A stretch of DNA of 28,297 bases from Promethearchaeota archaeon (GCA_016840085.1 JAEOTA010000063.1:1-28297), one strand, 5' to 3'; numbered from the stretch's first letter, positions 17,071 through 26,725 are shown. Translations and numbers: made by a program. Notes: a model not told the origin generated them from the letters alone.

Positions 17071-17598
17071 TTACAACTGGATCTTCAAAATTTTTGGTTC
17101 TTTCCATTCTTCTCTTAGAATACTGAAAAGTATACAATCTCTCCAATCACCTCTATTAAACATCATCTTACGAACAATACCTTCTTTTATAAATCCTGCT
17201 TTTTCAAGCACTTTTTGAGAACCCAAATTCTTTTCATTTGTGACTGCTTGTATACGCACTATTTGTTTTGAAAGAAATAAGAAATCCACAAAAATCTTGA
17301 CTGCTTCTGTACAGAAACCTTTTTTGCGTTCAGATGGAATTAAAAAATATCCTATTTCTAATAGTTCATAGAGTCTAGCCTTAACAATAACTCCTATCCT
17401 TGTTTTGTTTTTTTTCTCTATAATAAATGCTTGAAGATCAGGAGATGATTCTTTAATGATTCTCTGAACCATTTCTTTTGAGATTTGTACCAATGGATTA
17501 TACATCCCAAAAATCTCTGGAGTATTAATCTATTTATGATAAAGTTGAATATCTTCTTGTTCTAATGCTCTTAAATTAACATTTATTCCTTCAAGCAT
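17071..17598 (-). pseudogene. RimJ/RimL-type GNAT acetyltransferase interrupted by an in-frame TAG at codon 23
   Basis: ATG at 17598 reads MLEGINVNLRALEQEDIQLYHK-TAG(17532-17530)-INTPEIFG-MYNPL..., in frame with the ORF carrying LEIGYFL, NLGSQKVLEKAGFIKEG and DCILFSILREEW. Confidence 0.85.
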
Positions 17599-17727
17599 AT
17601 TATTTAATACTCCTCTATTTATATTAAGAATTTATAAAACATACATTTAAATAATTTAGGGCAAAATCAAATATTAATTCGGATTTTATAGTATTTTTAA
17701 TATTCACTAAGAGAGGTTTATAAATAA

Positions 17728-19389
17728 ATGGCTCTGGATGTATTTACATTTCTAGTTGGAGGTAAAGCAGGAGAAGGTGTTAAAAAAGCGGGTTCAGTAG
17801 CAGCACATATATTTTCAAGTCTGGGACGTCATGTGTTTCAAATGGATGATTATATGAGTTTAATAAGAGGAGGCCATAACTTTTCTGTTATAAGTACAGC
17901 ACCTAGATGGATTAGTAGTCACTATATGAAAGCAAATCTTGTAGTAAATTTTGACAAAAGAAGTTGTGAAACCCATATGAATGATATTACAGAAAATGGA
18001 ATTTTAGTGTTTAATTCTGACGAACAAGAAGTTGAGAATGGAATTGGTATTCCATTAACTTCGGAGGCAGAAAAGTATCCAATGAAAAGTTTAATGTATG
18101 GAGTAGGTGCTGTTGCAATATTATCTTCCACAATTGGACTCGAAAAAGACTTTATGAATCAAATTATTAAAAATGAATATCCGAGAGGAATAGAGGAGAA
18201 TATTGCTTTCGCAAATACAATTTATGATATGGTACATCATGATTGTGGAAATAAATATCCTTTAGATAAAGGAGATAATAAAAGACCAATTATAACCGGA
18301 AATGAGGCAATTAGTTTGGGAGCTATAGCAGGTGGATTAAATGTTTATTATGGATATCCCATGACTCCCGCATCAACAATCTTACACACTCTCGCTCGTG
18401 AAGCTGAGAATTTTGGCTTGGCTGTTGTTCATGCTGAAAGTGAAATAGCAGTTATTAATATGGCAATCGGGTCAGCTTTTACAGGGGCAAGAGCTATGGT
18501 TGGTACTAGTGGAGGTGGTTTTGCTCTTATGACAGAAGGTTTCTCTTTAGCAGGTATTACGGAAGCACCAGTATTAGTTATATTATCTCAAAGACCAGGA
18601 CCAGCGACAGGAGTTCCCACTTACACAGAACAAGCTGATTTAGCTTTTGCTTTGACTGCAGGTCATGGGGATTTCTTAAGAATAGTTGTTTCCCCTAGAA
18701 CAGTTAGAGAAGCATTTTATCTCACCGCCGAAATGCTAAATTTAGTATGGAAATTTCAAACACCAGGAATATTACTAACTGAAAAACACCTTTCAGAGAG
18801 CAGTATGACAGTTGAAATTGATTTAGCAAAATCCAAATGGGCAGAGCCAAAAATGCATATGGATGGTGATTATAAACGATATCTAGATACTGATGATGGA
18901 ATTTCTCCTATGTTATTTCCACCATCAAAACAGATAATAAAATGGAATAGTTATGAACATGATGAACTAGGTATTACGACGGAAAATGCTGAGAAGATAT
19001 CATTTATGCACGATAAAAGAAATAAAAAGTTAAAAACGCTTATAGAATACTTGAAGGGATTAGATACCGTTAGAATAATTCGAGGAGTGAATCCCTCTAA
19101 TATTTTTACCTATGGCTCCACTTATATGAGTGTTTTAGAAGCTCTTCAATATGGGAATCTAAATCCTACAATTGTTGCACCTATATATTTGAGTCCATTA
19201 CCTATCTGGAACTTAGAAGAGTTTAAAGATCAGGATAATATTGTTATCGAACAAAGCTCTACAGGGCAGTTTACAAAACTTTTAAATGAAAAAGCAGGAT
19301 TAAAGATTAGAAGTACAATTAAACAATATGATGGACGTCCATTTGATCCAATTGAATTATCACAAAAGATAAAAGAGGTGCTTTATTAA
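17728..19389 (+). CDS. korA: 2-oxoacid:ferredoxin oxidoreductase alpha subunit (with fused gamma domain)
   Basis: GGKAGEG, YMSLIRGGHN, YPMTPAS, ESEIA, TSGGGFALMTE, QRPGPATGVPT, YDGRPF. Confidence 0.92.
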   Translation: MALDVFTFLVGGKAGEGVKKAGSVAAHIFSSLGRHVFQMDDYMSLIRGGHNFSVISTAPRWISSHYMKANLVVNFDKRSCETHMNDITENGILVFNSDEQEVENGIGIPLTSEAEKYPMKSLMYGVGAVAILSSTIGLEKDFMNQIIKNEYPRGIEENIAFANTIYDMVHHDCGNKYPLDKGDNKRPIITGNEAISLGAIAGGLNVYYGYPMTPASTILHTLAREAENFGLAVVHAESEIAVINMAIGSAFTGARAMVGTSGGGFALMTEGFSLAGITEAPVLVILSQRPGPATGVPTYTEQADLAFALTAGHGDFLRIVVSPRTVREAFYLTAEMLNLVWKFQTPGILLTEKHLSESSMTVEIDLAKSKWAEPKMHMDGDYKRYLDTDDGISPMLFPPSKQIIKWNSYEHDELGITTENAEKISFMHDKRNKKLKTLIEYLKGLDTVRIIRGVNPSNIFTYGSTYMSVLEALQYGNLNPTIVAPIYLSPLPIWNLEEFKDQDNIVIEQSSTGQFTKLLNEKAGLKIRSTIKQYDGRPFDPIELSQKIKEVLY

Positions 19390-19390
19390 G

Positions 19391-20230
19391 ATGGAAGATC
19401 TTAAAACAAATGCAGAAATAACGTGGTGCCCTGGTTGTGGAAATTTTGGTATCTTTACAGCTATAAAAAATGCAATTCCAATATTAGAGCAGAAAGGTAT
19501 TAAAAGAGAAAATATAGTTATGACTTCTGGAATAGGTTGTCATGCTAAAATTTTTGATTATCTCAATTTAAGTGGGATTTATTCATTACATGGGAGAGAA
19601 ATAACAACTGCTTCTGGGTTCAAAATTTCTAACCCTAATTTAAAAGTACTTACTTTTTCTGGTGATGGGAGTGGATTAGGAGAAGGTTTAGCCCATACTC
19701 TCTTTGCAGCAAAACGCAACATGGATATCACAATGATATTGCATAATAATGGAGTTTATGCTCTCACGACAGGTCAGTTTTCTCCTCTAACCCAAGAGGG
19801 TTGGAAAGGTCCATCAACTCCAAAGGGAAGTTTTGAGATTCCTTTCAATCCCATTTCATTACTTATTGAGGTCGGTGCAACATTTGTGGCGAGGTGCTAT
19901 GCTGGTAAAATTAATCATTTGACTGAAACTTTAGTTAAAGCTATAGAGCATGAGGGCTTTTCCTTCATCGAAGTTTTGCAACCCGCTATGCCGTATCATA
20001 AATGGGAGGAATTTAAGGATAAAATTGAATATATTGATAAAGAATCGAAGACAATGGAAGAAGCTTTAACTACAGCTAGAAATTTACATAGGTTTACTCT
20101 AGGTGTTTTTTATAGAACTAATCGACCAGTTTATCATAAAGAGTTATATAGAGAGCATAATCCAATTACAAAAAAATTACCTAAGGAAACTAGATTAGAA
20201 AAGATACGCAAAATGCTTGAATCTAAATAA
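19391..20230 (+). CDS. korB: 2-oxoacid:ferredoxin oxidoreductase beta subunit (TPP-binding)
   Basis: WCPGCGNFG, SGIGC, LHGR, GDG...HNNGVYALTTGQFSP. Confidence 0.92.
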   Translation: MEDLKTNAEITWCPGCGNFGIFTAIKNAIPILEQKGIKRENIVMTSGIGCHAKIFDYLNLSGIYSLHGREITTASGFKISNPNLKVLTFSGDGSGLGEGLAHTLFAAKRNMDITMILHNNGVYALTTGQFSPLTQEGWKGPSTPKGSFEIPFNPISLLIEVGATFVARCYAGKINHLTETLVKAIEHEGFSFIEVLQPAMPYHKWEEFKDKIEYIDKESKTMEEALTTARNLHRFTLGVFYRTNRPVYHKELYREHNPITKKLPKETRLEKIRKMLESK

Positions 20231-20542
20231 TAAATTCAACTATTCCTAAAACTAATTACATATCCATCTCCTTCTAACTGAAGAAAAAAAAGATATCAAA
20301 AAAGAGTTGGTTAAAGACGAAAAAAAATCTTTATCAATAGAAAATATTAAAGTATTATAAATAGAGCCGGCAAAAAGAACGAATGATATAAAAAAATAGA
20401 GCAAATATACAGATAATTAGAGAAATACTTAATGATATAGTTATAACTCAAAATGATTTATGGTTTTTTGTTATATATTATAGTAAAAACAACTAAATAA
20501 CAATAAAAATTTTGATAAAAATAAAAAGAAATTATTTGGAGC

Positions 20543-20899
20543 GTGGAAGATTTGTATAATTCTAAAACATTAGTTGGTGAACTGTTAGGTGCAGTTATAG
20601 CAGTTGTTTGGATAGCTTGGGCATTAATCTGGCCGGAGAATTTTGTAGGTCTCGTTATTGCCATTGACCTTACTATATTGTTGGGTACATTATCGGGAGG
20701 ACTTATTGCGCTAAGTAAAAAGGAAAAAGCGTTTAGAGAAGTAGTTGGCTGGCTGTTTGGCGCAGCGATAGCAGTTGCTTGGGTAACTTGGGCATTACTA
20801 TACCCGGGGGATATGGTAGGTCTCGTTGTTGCCATTTCACTTACTATATTGTTTGGGGTATTATCGGGAGGACTTATTAAACTAAGTAAAAAATATTAA
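20543..20899 (+). CDS. Small 4-TM membrane protein made of two tandem helical-hairpin repeats
   Basis: GTG start after GGAG; two 57-aa units each ending SGGLI.LSKK. Confidence 0.8.
   Translation: MEDLYNSKTLVGELLGAVIAVVWIAWALIWPENFVGLVIAIDLTILLGTLSGGLIALSKKEKAFREVVGWLFGAAIAVAWVTWALLYPGDMVGLVVAISLTILFGVLSGGLIKLSKKY
20570..20893 (+). repeat. Intragenic tandem duplication, 171-bp period, two copies
   Basis: gtaggtctcgtt(a/g)ttgccatt...cttactatattgtt...ttatcgggaggacttatt...ctaagtaaaaa starts at 20645 and at 20816. Confidence 0.9.
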
Positions 20900-20941
20900 G
20901 GAAAATGTTGAAAATTAAGAAAGTTAGGAACTTCAAATCCA

Positions 20942-20951
20942 TTTTTTTTTT
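20942..20951 (+). terminator. Oligo(T) terminator-like tract
   Basis: T10 run after 20543..20899. Similar runs follow other genes at 21804-21813 and 24393-24401. Confidence 0.4.
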
Positions 20952-20992
20952 ATCAAAAATAACCAACAAAATTTTTGGAGGAGTTTTAAGAT

Positions 20993-21799
20993 ATGTTGAT
21001 AAATGTTAAGGATATCGAGATGTATTATGAAATTCATGGGAAAGGAACACCGCTCATCATGATCCCAGGATATGCTGTAAGTTCGGAATTATGGAGTCCT
21101 TTCTGGAAGCAGCTTCTAGACCGCTATCAAGTAATTCTATTAGATAATCGTGGAACTGGGAGAAGTAGTGCCCCAAACTTTGAGTATTCTATAAAAATGA
21201 TGGCAGAGGATATTGTGGAGTTAATGGACGCAATCAACATCCGAAAGGCTCATATACTAGGGGGTTCGATGGGTGGAATGATTGCTCAAGAGCTCGTCTT
21301 AAATTATCCTGAAAAAGTAATGAGCCTTATTTTAGGTATGACTTCCTGTGGTGGCCCGCACAGCATTCAAATTTCAGAGGAGGTACAGAAGAAAATGCAA
21401 ACGACAGCAAATCCACCTCCGGACGTGTCAATGGAAGAAGTGATGGAACTCACCTGGAGTATGTTTTATTCCCCTAGTTATGTCGAAAAGAATCGGGAAA
21501 TTTTAAAAAAAGAGGCGATGTCTATAAAATATCCAACCCCTCTTATTGGTAAATGGCGACAAGCCCAAGCCGTTCAAAATTGGGAGGGTAGTTATGATAG
21601 ATTGTCCGATATTAAGGTTCCAACTCTTGTTATGGGTGGGGAAAACGATGTCATATTCCCTCCTGAGAACTTCAGAATCCTTGCTGAAAAGATTCCTAGT
21701 GCCAATTTACATGTATTCAAAGATGCTCCTCATGCATTCACGAGAGAGAAAGAAGACCAAGTTGTCGCTGTGATACTAAAATTTCTTGAAAAAATCTAA
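20993..21799 (+). CDS. Alpha/beta-fold hydrolase
   Basis: DNRGTGRS, nucleophile elbow GGSMGG, acid in GENDVIFP, His in APHAF. Confidence 0.92.
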   Translation: MLINVKDIEMYYEIHGKGTPLIMIPGYAVSSELWSPFWKQLLDRYQVILLDNRGTGRSSAPNFEYSIKMMAEDIVELMDAINIRKAHILGGSMGGMIAQELVLNYPEKVMSLILGMTSCGGPHSIQISEEVQKKMQTTANPPPDVSMEEVMELTWSMFYSPSYVEKNREILKKEAMSIKYPTPLIGKWRQAQAVQNWEGSYDRLSDIKVPTLVMGGENDVIFPPENFRILAEKIPSANLHVFKDAPHAFTREKEDQVVAVILKFLEKI

Positions 21800-21873
21800 C
21801 CAATTTTTTTTTTAATATTTAAATAAAATAAAAAAGTTAAAAAAACAATATTCAAAAAACTATGGTTTAAAAA

Positions 21874-22692
21874 ATGTCAAAATCAGATAATATGGAAAAA
21901 TCTAGTAATGAACTAACATTTGGTTCTGATAATCCAAACGCTATTGAAGTTATGGATTTGACAAAGATTTTCACCGGTAAGAAAGTCATTGAGGAAGTTA
22001 GAGCTGTTGACGGAATATCGTTTACGGTAAACAAAGGTGAGATTTTTGGTCTTTTAGGACCAAACGGAGCGGGCAAAACCACTACTATAAACATCTTAGT
22101 TGGCTTGCTAAACCAGACCGAGGGAGATGTATTTGTTGGAGGTTATAATGTTAAGAAAAACCTTAATAAAATCAAAGAATTAATTGGCGTGTGTCCTCAA
22201 CAAGCATCCGTTTATCAATATCTCAATGCTAGAGAAAATATAGAGCTTTTCGGGAATTTACATCTCTTGAAAAAAGAAGTAATAAAAGAACGAATGGAGA
22301 AGTTCCTGAATTTATTAGGATTGACAAAAGCCGCTAATAGATCAGCAAAGAAATACAGCGGTGGAATGTTAAGACAATTAAATCTTATTGTGGCTTTAAT
22401 AAGCGATCCTCCCATGTTGTTTTTGGACGAACCAACGGTTGGAATGGACGCACGAGTTAGGCGTGCAACCTGGGAATTCATTAATTCTTTAAAGGAGACG
22501 AATAAAACTGTAATCTTGACAACACATTATATTGAAGAAGCAGAAGCTCTCTGCGATCGAGTTGCTATTATTGATTTTGGCAAATTAGTCGCATTAGGAC
22601 CACCAAAAGATTTGATCGCTAAGCATAGTGCAAAAGATTTGGAGGAAGTCTTTTTAAAAATAACAGGAAGAAGAATTATGGAGGGGATCTAA
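21874..22692 (+). CDS. ABC-2 (DrrA-like) exporter ATP-binding subunit
   Basis: Walker A GPNGAGKT, signature YSGGM, Walker B LFLDEPT, switch TTHY. Confidence 0.95.
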   Translation: MSKSDNMEKSSNELTFGSDNPNAIEVMDLTKIFTGKKVIEEVRAVDGISFTVNKGEIFGLLGPNGAGKTTTINILVGLLNQTEGDVFVGGYNVKKNLNKIKELIGVCPQQASVYQYLNARENIELFGNLHLLKKEVIKERMEKFLNLLGLTKAANRSAKKYSGGMLRQLNLIVALISDPPMLFLDEPTVGMDARVRRATWEFINSLKETNKTVILTTHYIEEAEALCDRVAIIDFGKLVALGPPKDLIAKHSAKDLEEVFLKITGRRIMEGI

Positions 22693-22694
22693 AA

Positions 22695-23465
22695 ATGAAA
22701 CGACAAAGAATTTTTGCTTTCGTGAAAATACAATTTAAAAGTCTTATTAAGGTTCCTACAGCACTGTTTATAATACTAATACTTCCCGTAGCACTAATAT
22801 TGATATTTGGCTTTGCGTTTGGATCTATATACGTAGAAGACTACGGTTGGACATCTCAATCCGGATACTTATTCGAATTCATGGTTCCCGGATTCATAGC
22901 CATTAGCGGACTGTTCATGGCAATACCCGTTGCCTTATCGTTTTCTGAAGATCGAGAACAGGGTTTGTTAAAAAGAGTTAACACAACGCCAACAACCGCA
23001 GCAGAATTCATGGTAAGTCACATAATATCCAACATGTGCATGGCGATCATTCAAGTGGCAATAATTTTCATTCTCACTTTTCTAATGGGTGGGATGAGGC
23101 ACATAACACCTGTGGGGATAATCCTTTCATTTGTGATTATGGTGATTTTTACATTATCCACCATTGGTTTTGGATTGATTACAGCAACTGTCTCAAAAAG
23201 CGCCAAAGCTGCTGGAGGAATTGTTTGGATTTTTCTCTTACCACAACAGCTGCTTGCAGCTAATTTATACCCTCTACCCCCGGAGACCCAAATAGTAAGT
23301 ATGTTTATGCCATTGCATTACGCGTCAGACGCTTTAACGCTTCTCTTCTACGGTGTTGATTTAAGTAATTTAAGAATTTGGTGGGATTTGATAATTCTTA
23401 TAGCTTTCAGCCTTGTATTAATTATCGCAGGAATCTTGTTGTTCAAGAAATACGGCAGGGCTTAG
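22695..23465 (+). CDS. ABC-2 type permease
   Basis: Six TMs, FMVPG, EDREQGLLKRVNTTP, MPLHYASDAL; 2 bp from the ATPase gene. Confidence 0.92.
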   Translation: MKRQRIFAFVKIQFKSLIKVPTALFIILILPVALILIFGFAFGSIYVEDYGWTSQSGYLFEFMVPGFIAISGLFMAIPVALSFSEDREQGLLKRVNTTPTTAAEFMVSHIISNMCMAIIQVAIIFILTFLMGGMRHITPVGIILSFVIMVIFTLSTIGFGLITATVSKSAKAAGGIVWIFLLPQQLLAANLYPLPPETQIVSMFMPLHYASDALTLLFYGVDLSNLRIWWDLIILIAFSLVLIIAGILLFKKYGRA

Positions 23466-23504
23466 AAATTAATTTGAATAAACAAACCAAAGAGATGATA
23501 AAAT

Positions 23505-24380
23505 ATGAACAAAATGAAAAGTTTAACGTTGATAACTCTTTTAGTTCTCCTATTCATACCTTCTATAAGAATTTCGAATGCACAAGGTTCTTATGTTGGA
23601 ATACAAAATGGTGATGAATATGAATGGGCGCTGAGTGTATATACCGAGAACTGGGACACATATATAGCTGATGATTTAGGAGCTACATTAGAAAATCTCG
23701 TACCGTTAGGAGCATCTAACTTAACACGAGTTTTCAATGACTGGAACAGCTTTGCTCCACCACAATCCTATTGGCCCCTCAAAGTTACTTCCATAGGCGT
23801 CGAGGAAACTGGGCTATTGTTTTCTCCTAATGATAACACGACAATTACATATACGCCTGTAAATGGGACTTTTGGATGGATACTTTCATTATTTGATAGT
23901 CTTGAATGGGATGAAATGTGGTACATAGTGAATGATACGTCAAGTTTCTTACGACAGACCATAAATTTAAGTCGCACATTTAGTTTCTATACTATGTTTA
24001 GTGTTTTTTTTGCCCCAATAACTATTAGCTGGTCATCACTTGTAAGCGAGTTCCTTGCAGAAATGACTGTTAAGGGAGGATTGTACACAAATATTGCTGC
24101 TACAGCACAATCAGATGGATTTTTAATAGACATCCCTGCTTTAGGTTTTGAAAACAACAGTGCTGCTATTAATATAAATGTAAAATATAATTCTAAGGGT
24201 GTTCTTTCCTACTATAAGTTTTCATATGGGGGAAAAACGCTTGTTGACTTTAATCCAGGGAAATACATTCCAGATCATGAACGCGTTCCAGACCAATATA
24301 TTTTTGTGTTTTTTGGGTTAACCGCTATTTTACTCGTGGAAATAATATTCTATTTTTATATGCGGAAGGGAAGAAAATAG
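23505..24380 (+). CDS. Exported, C-terminally membrane-anchored surface (glyco)protein
   Basis: Signal peptide ending ...ISNA-QG, six NxS/T sequons (NLT, NTT, NGT, NDT, NLS, NNS), and a C-terminal TM followed by MRKGRK. Confidence 0.8.
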   Translation: MNKMKSLTLITLLVLLFIPSIRISNAQGSYVGIQNGDEYEWALSVYTENWDTYIADDLGATLENLVPLGASNLTRVFNDWNSFAPPQSYWPLKVTSIGVEETGLLFSPNDNTTITYTPVNGTFGWILSLFDSLEWDEMWYIVNDTSSFLRQTINLSRTFSFYTMFSVFFAPITISWSSLVSEFLAEMTVKGGLYTNIAATAQSDGFLIDIPALGFENNSAAININVKYNSKGVLSYYKFSYGGKTLVDFNPGKYIPDHERVPDQYIFVFFGLTAILLVEIIFYFYMRKGRK

Positions 24381-24482
24381 AAATTTAAATCCTTTTTTTT
24401 TATTATTTTACTATTTTTTTATTAAAGTTAAAATTGAAAAATGATAATAGAAGATTTTAGAATATGGAAGAACAAAAGATAA

Positions 24483-24968
24483 TTGAAACCGACTCCCATA
24501 ACCTCTGGAGAAGTAATAGTAGGTCAAATGTTATCATATACAATTGTAACACTTATCCAAACGGCTATAATATTAATAACTGCGCTTCTCATGGCTTTTA
24601 ATCCAAGATTTACTGTTGAGGGGGTAGTAATGGTATTTGTTTTTATGATCTTTCTGTCATTTTGCTCGATCGGGCTTGGATTGATTACTGCTACTCTTGC
24701 AAAAGATGTTAAAGCTGCAGGCGTTTTAGCTTTTATCTTTATCGTGCCACAACAGTTGTTTGGTTCATTCATATACATGGGCGAGGAAATAAAAGTAATT
24801 GGGTATGCTATGCCAAGTCAATATGTTACTGACGCTTTGTACCGAATTTCTTATGGAACCACTTTAACTGATGTGAATATTTGGATTGACCTTGTAGCAA
24901 TTATAATTATTAGCTTTATAATATATGTTATTGGGTTAATCTTATATGAAAGGTCTAAAAGTACCTAA
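24483..24968 (+). pseudogene. 5'-truncated second ABC-2 permease (C-terminal part only)
   Basis: It begins at the mid-protein xTP motif (LKPTPIT) immediately after an in-frame TAA. It aligns with the C-terminal part of 22695..23465 (GLITAT, PQQL, MPxxYxxDAL, IWxDL). Confidence 0.72.
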
Positions 24969-25097
24969 ATTATAATTATATGCTTAAATCTATTAATTTC
25001 TTATTTTTTTATTACTATTTTCTTTAACTTTCTATATTCTTAAAAAATAACAATCAAATGATGTAAATTTAAAAGAGGGGATTTTATTTTTAATAAT

Positions 25098-25248
25098 ATC
25101 GATGAAATTGACTTATTTCTTCTGAAAAAAACTTTCAGATAATTCATGTTTGACTTATTGAGAATTGGCAGATTTAACACTAGAATATAAAACTCCTGAG
25201 TTAGTTAAAGAATACTTAATTGATATCCTTGAATATTGTGTAAAATAA
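25098..25248 (+). pseudogene. Decayed Lrp/AsnC-family HTH regulator remnant
   Basis: IDEIDLFLLKK, a +1 shift in an A7 run, then LSDNSCLTY*ELADLT, matching the Lrp/AsnC N-terminus pattern (MDEIDxxILxxLxxNSRxxYRELA). It ends LEYKTPELVKEYLIDILEYCVK*. Confidence 0.65.
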
Positions 25249-25355
25249 ATAAAAAATAATAAAAAAGAATTTAAAGGTTACAATGATACTCAAAAAAGGT
25301 GATAGGGTGTTACTCAAAATAGAATTAAAATTATAAAAACATGTGATAAAAAATT

Positions 25356-26285
25356 ATGAAAGCGATGGTATATACTAGATATGGAGGACCAGATGTTTTT
25401 GAATTAAAAGAGGTCGAAAAATCTATTCCCAAAGACAATGAAATACTAGTAAAAGTATATTCGACAACGGTAAATGCAGCGGTGAGGAATGTTCGAAGAG
25501 GTATACACCCAGATTCTAAACTTTTTACTCTCGCGACGCGACTAATGTATGGTCTCAGAAAGCCAAAAAGACCTATATTAGGGTATGAACTAGCTGGTGA
25601 AATTGAATCAGTAGGCAAAGATGTAAAACAATTTAAGAAAGGTGACCAAGTTTTTGGTAGTACAACCGGGTTGAAGAAAGGTGCTTATGCGGAGTACGTG
25701 TGTCTGCCAGAAGAATGGAAAGCAGGGATGGTGGCACTAAAACCGACCAATATGACCTATGAAGAAGCCGCTGCCGTTCCTACTGGAGCATCTACAGCGT
25801 TGTGTTTTCTTAGAAAAGGAAATATCCAGAACGGACAAAAAGTGCTTATCTATGGAGCTTCTGGAAGTAATGGTACTTTTGCGGTACAGCTTGCCAAATA
25901 CTTTGGGGCAGAAGTTACCGGAGTATGCAGTACTACGAATTTAGAAATAGTGAAATCTCTGGGAGCTGATAAGGTAATTGATTACACCAAAGAAAATTTT
26001 ACAGAAAGTGGAGAGCTTTATGATCTCGTTTTTGATGCTGTTGGAAAAAGCTCACCTTCACAGTGTAAGAAGGTGTTAGCTCCAAACGGGAATTTCGTGA
26101 CAGTTAAAAAGGGATATTATAAGGAAACGAATGAACTTTTAATTTTCCTCAAAGAGATTATTGAGGAGGGAAAGTTGAAATCAGCTATAGATAGGAGCTA
26201 TCCCTTGGAACAGATGGTCGAGGCTCATACCTACGTTGATAAGGGGCACAAGAAGGGAAATGTAATAATAACTATCGCGGAATGA
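25356..26285 (+). CDS. NAD(P)-dependent MDR oxidoreductase (zinc-independent, quinone-reductase-like)
   Basis: [59 protein letters not shown]. Confidence 0.92.
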   Translation: MKAMVYTRYGGPDVFELKEVEKSIPKDNEILVKVYSTTVNAAVRNVRRGIHPDSKLFTLATRLMYGLRKPKRPILGYELAGEIESVGKDVKQFKKGDQVFGSTTGLKKGAYAEYVCLPEEWKAGMVALKPTNMTYEEAAAVPTGASTALCFLRKGNIQNGQKVLIYGASGSNGTFAVQLAKYFGAEVTGVCSTTNLEIVKSLGADKVIDYTKENFTESGELYDLVFDAVGKSSPSQCKKVLAPNGNFVTVKKGYYKETNELLIFLKEIIEEGKLKSAIDRSYPLEQMVEAHTYVDKGHKKGNVIITIAE

Positions 26286-26292
26286 TTACATT

Positions 26293-26655
26293 ATGGATGA
26301 TGTGAAGATAATACTCTCAATCATATGGGTAGCTTGTATGTTAATTTATTTGTTAGGTGATGTGCTCCGAATTTTTTCTGGGGATTTTACACCAGGAGAA
26401 ATAGAAGGTAAGCCAGTGACTCAGAAAGTGTGGCTTGGAATGGCAATAATAATGGTGATTCCGATAGTAATGGTTGTCCTGTCCCTGATATTGGATTATC
26501 CCATGAATAGCTGGATAAACATCATCGTAGCCATTTTATTTTTCGGGTTTAACCTCATTGGAATGAAGGGTATGAAGGTTTTTGATAAATTTTTGATCAT
26601 TATAAGTTTTGGGTTTAATGCACTGACTGTTTTGTATGCATGGACTCGATTGTAA
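26293..26655 (+). CDS. DUF6326-like small membrane protein
   Basis: LSIIWVACMLIYLLGDVL...IPIVMVVLSLIL...WINII pattern, four TMs. Confidence 0.65.
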   Translation: MDDVKIILSIIWVACMLIYLLGDVLRIFSGDFTPGEIEGKPVTQKVWLGMAIIMVIPIVMVVLSLILDYPMNSWINIIVAILFFGFNLIGMKGMKVFDKFLIIISFGFNALTVLYAWTRL

Positions 26656-26674
26656 TGACTTTGGAGAAATAATT

Positions 26675-26725
26675 ATGAAAGCGATTGTATGCACAAAATA
26701 CGGTAAATTGGAGGATTCCCCTTGA
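26675..26725 (+). pseudogene. Stub of an MDR dehydrogenase N-terminus ([16 protein letters not shown])
   Basis: GGAG SD-like motif then aattATGAAAGCGATTGTA, near-identical to the starts of the two flanking MDR genes. It stops after 16 codons and overlaps the TTG of the next gene. Confidence 0.65.

Noticed and set aside
17530-17532. Genome-wide stop-codon reassignment
   Set aside because: TAG and TGA both serve as apparent true stops for several intact genes (TAG at 13100 and 17016; TGA at 14352 and 26285).
24250-24380. PGF-CTERM/archaeosortase signal on the surface protein
   Set aside because: A TM and basic tail are present, but no PGF/PGY motif lies directly before the TM.
24441-24482. 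In-frame ATG ORF (MIIEDFRIWKNKR*) as the true N-terminus of permease 2
   Set aside because: It ends in TAA, its ED-x6-KR resemblance to permease 1 is weak, and the first two TMs would still be missing.
20421-25227. Shared aatacttaat(t)gatat motif near 20424 and at 25211 as a common operator
   Set aside because: It is short and AT-rich, and the second copy falls in the coding-like tail of the Lrp remnant.
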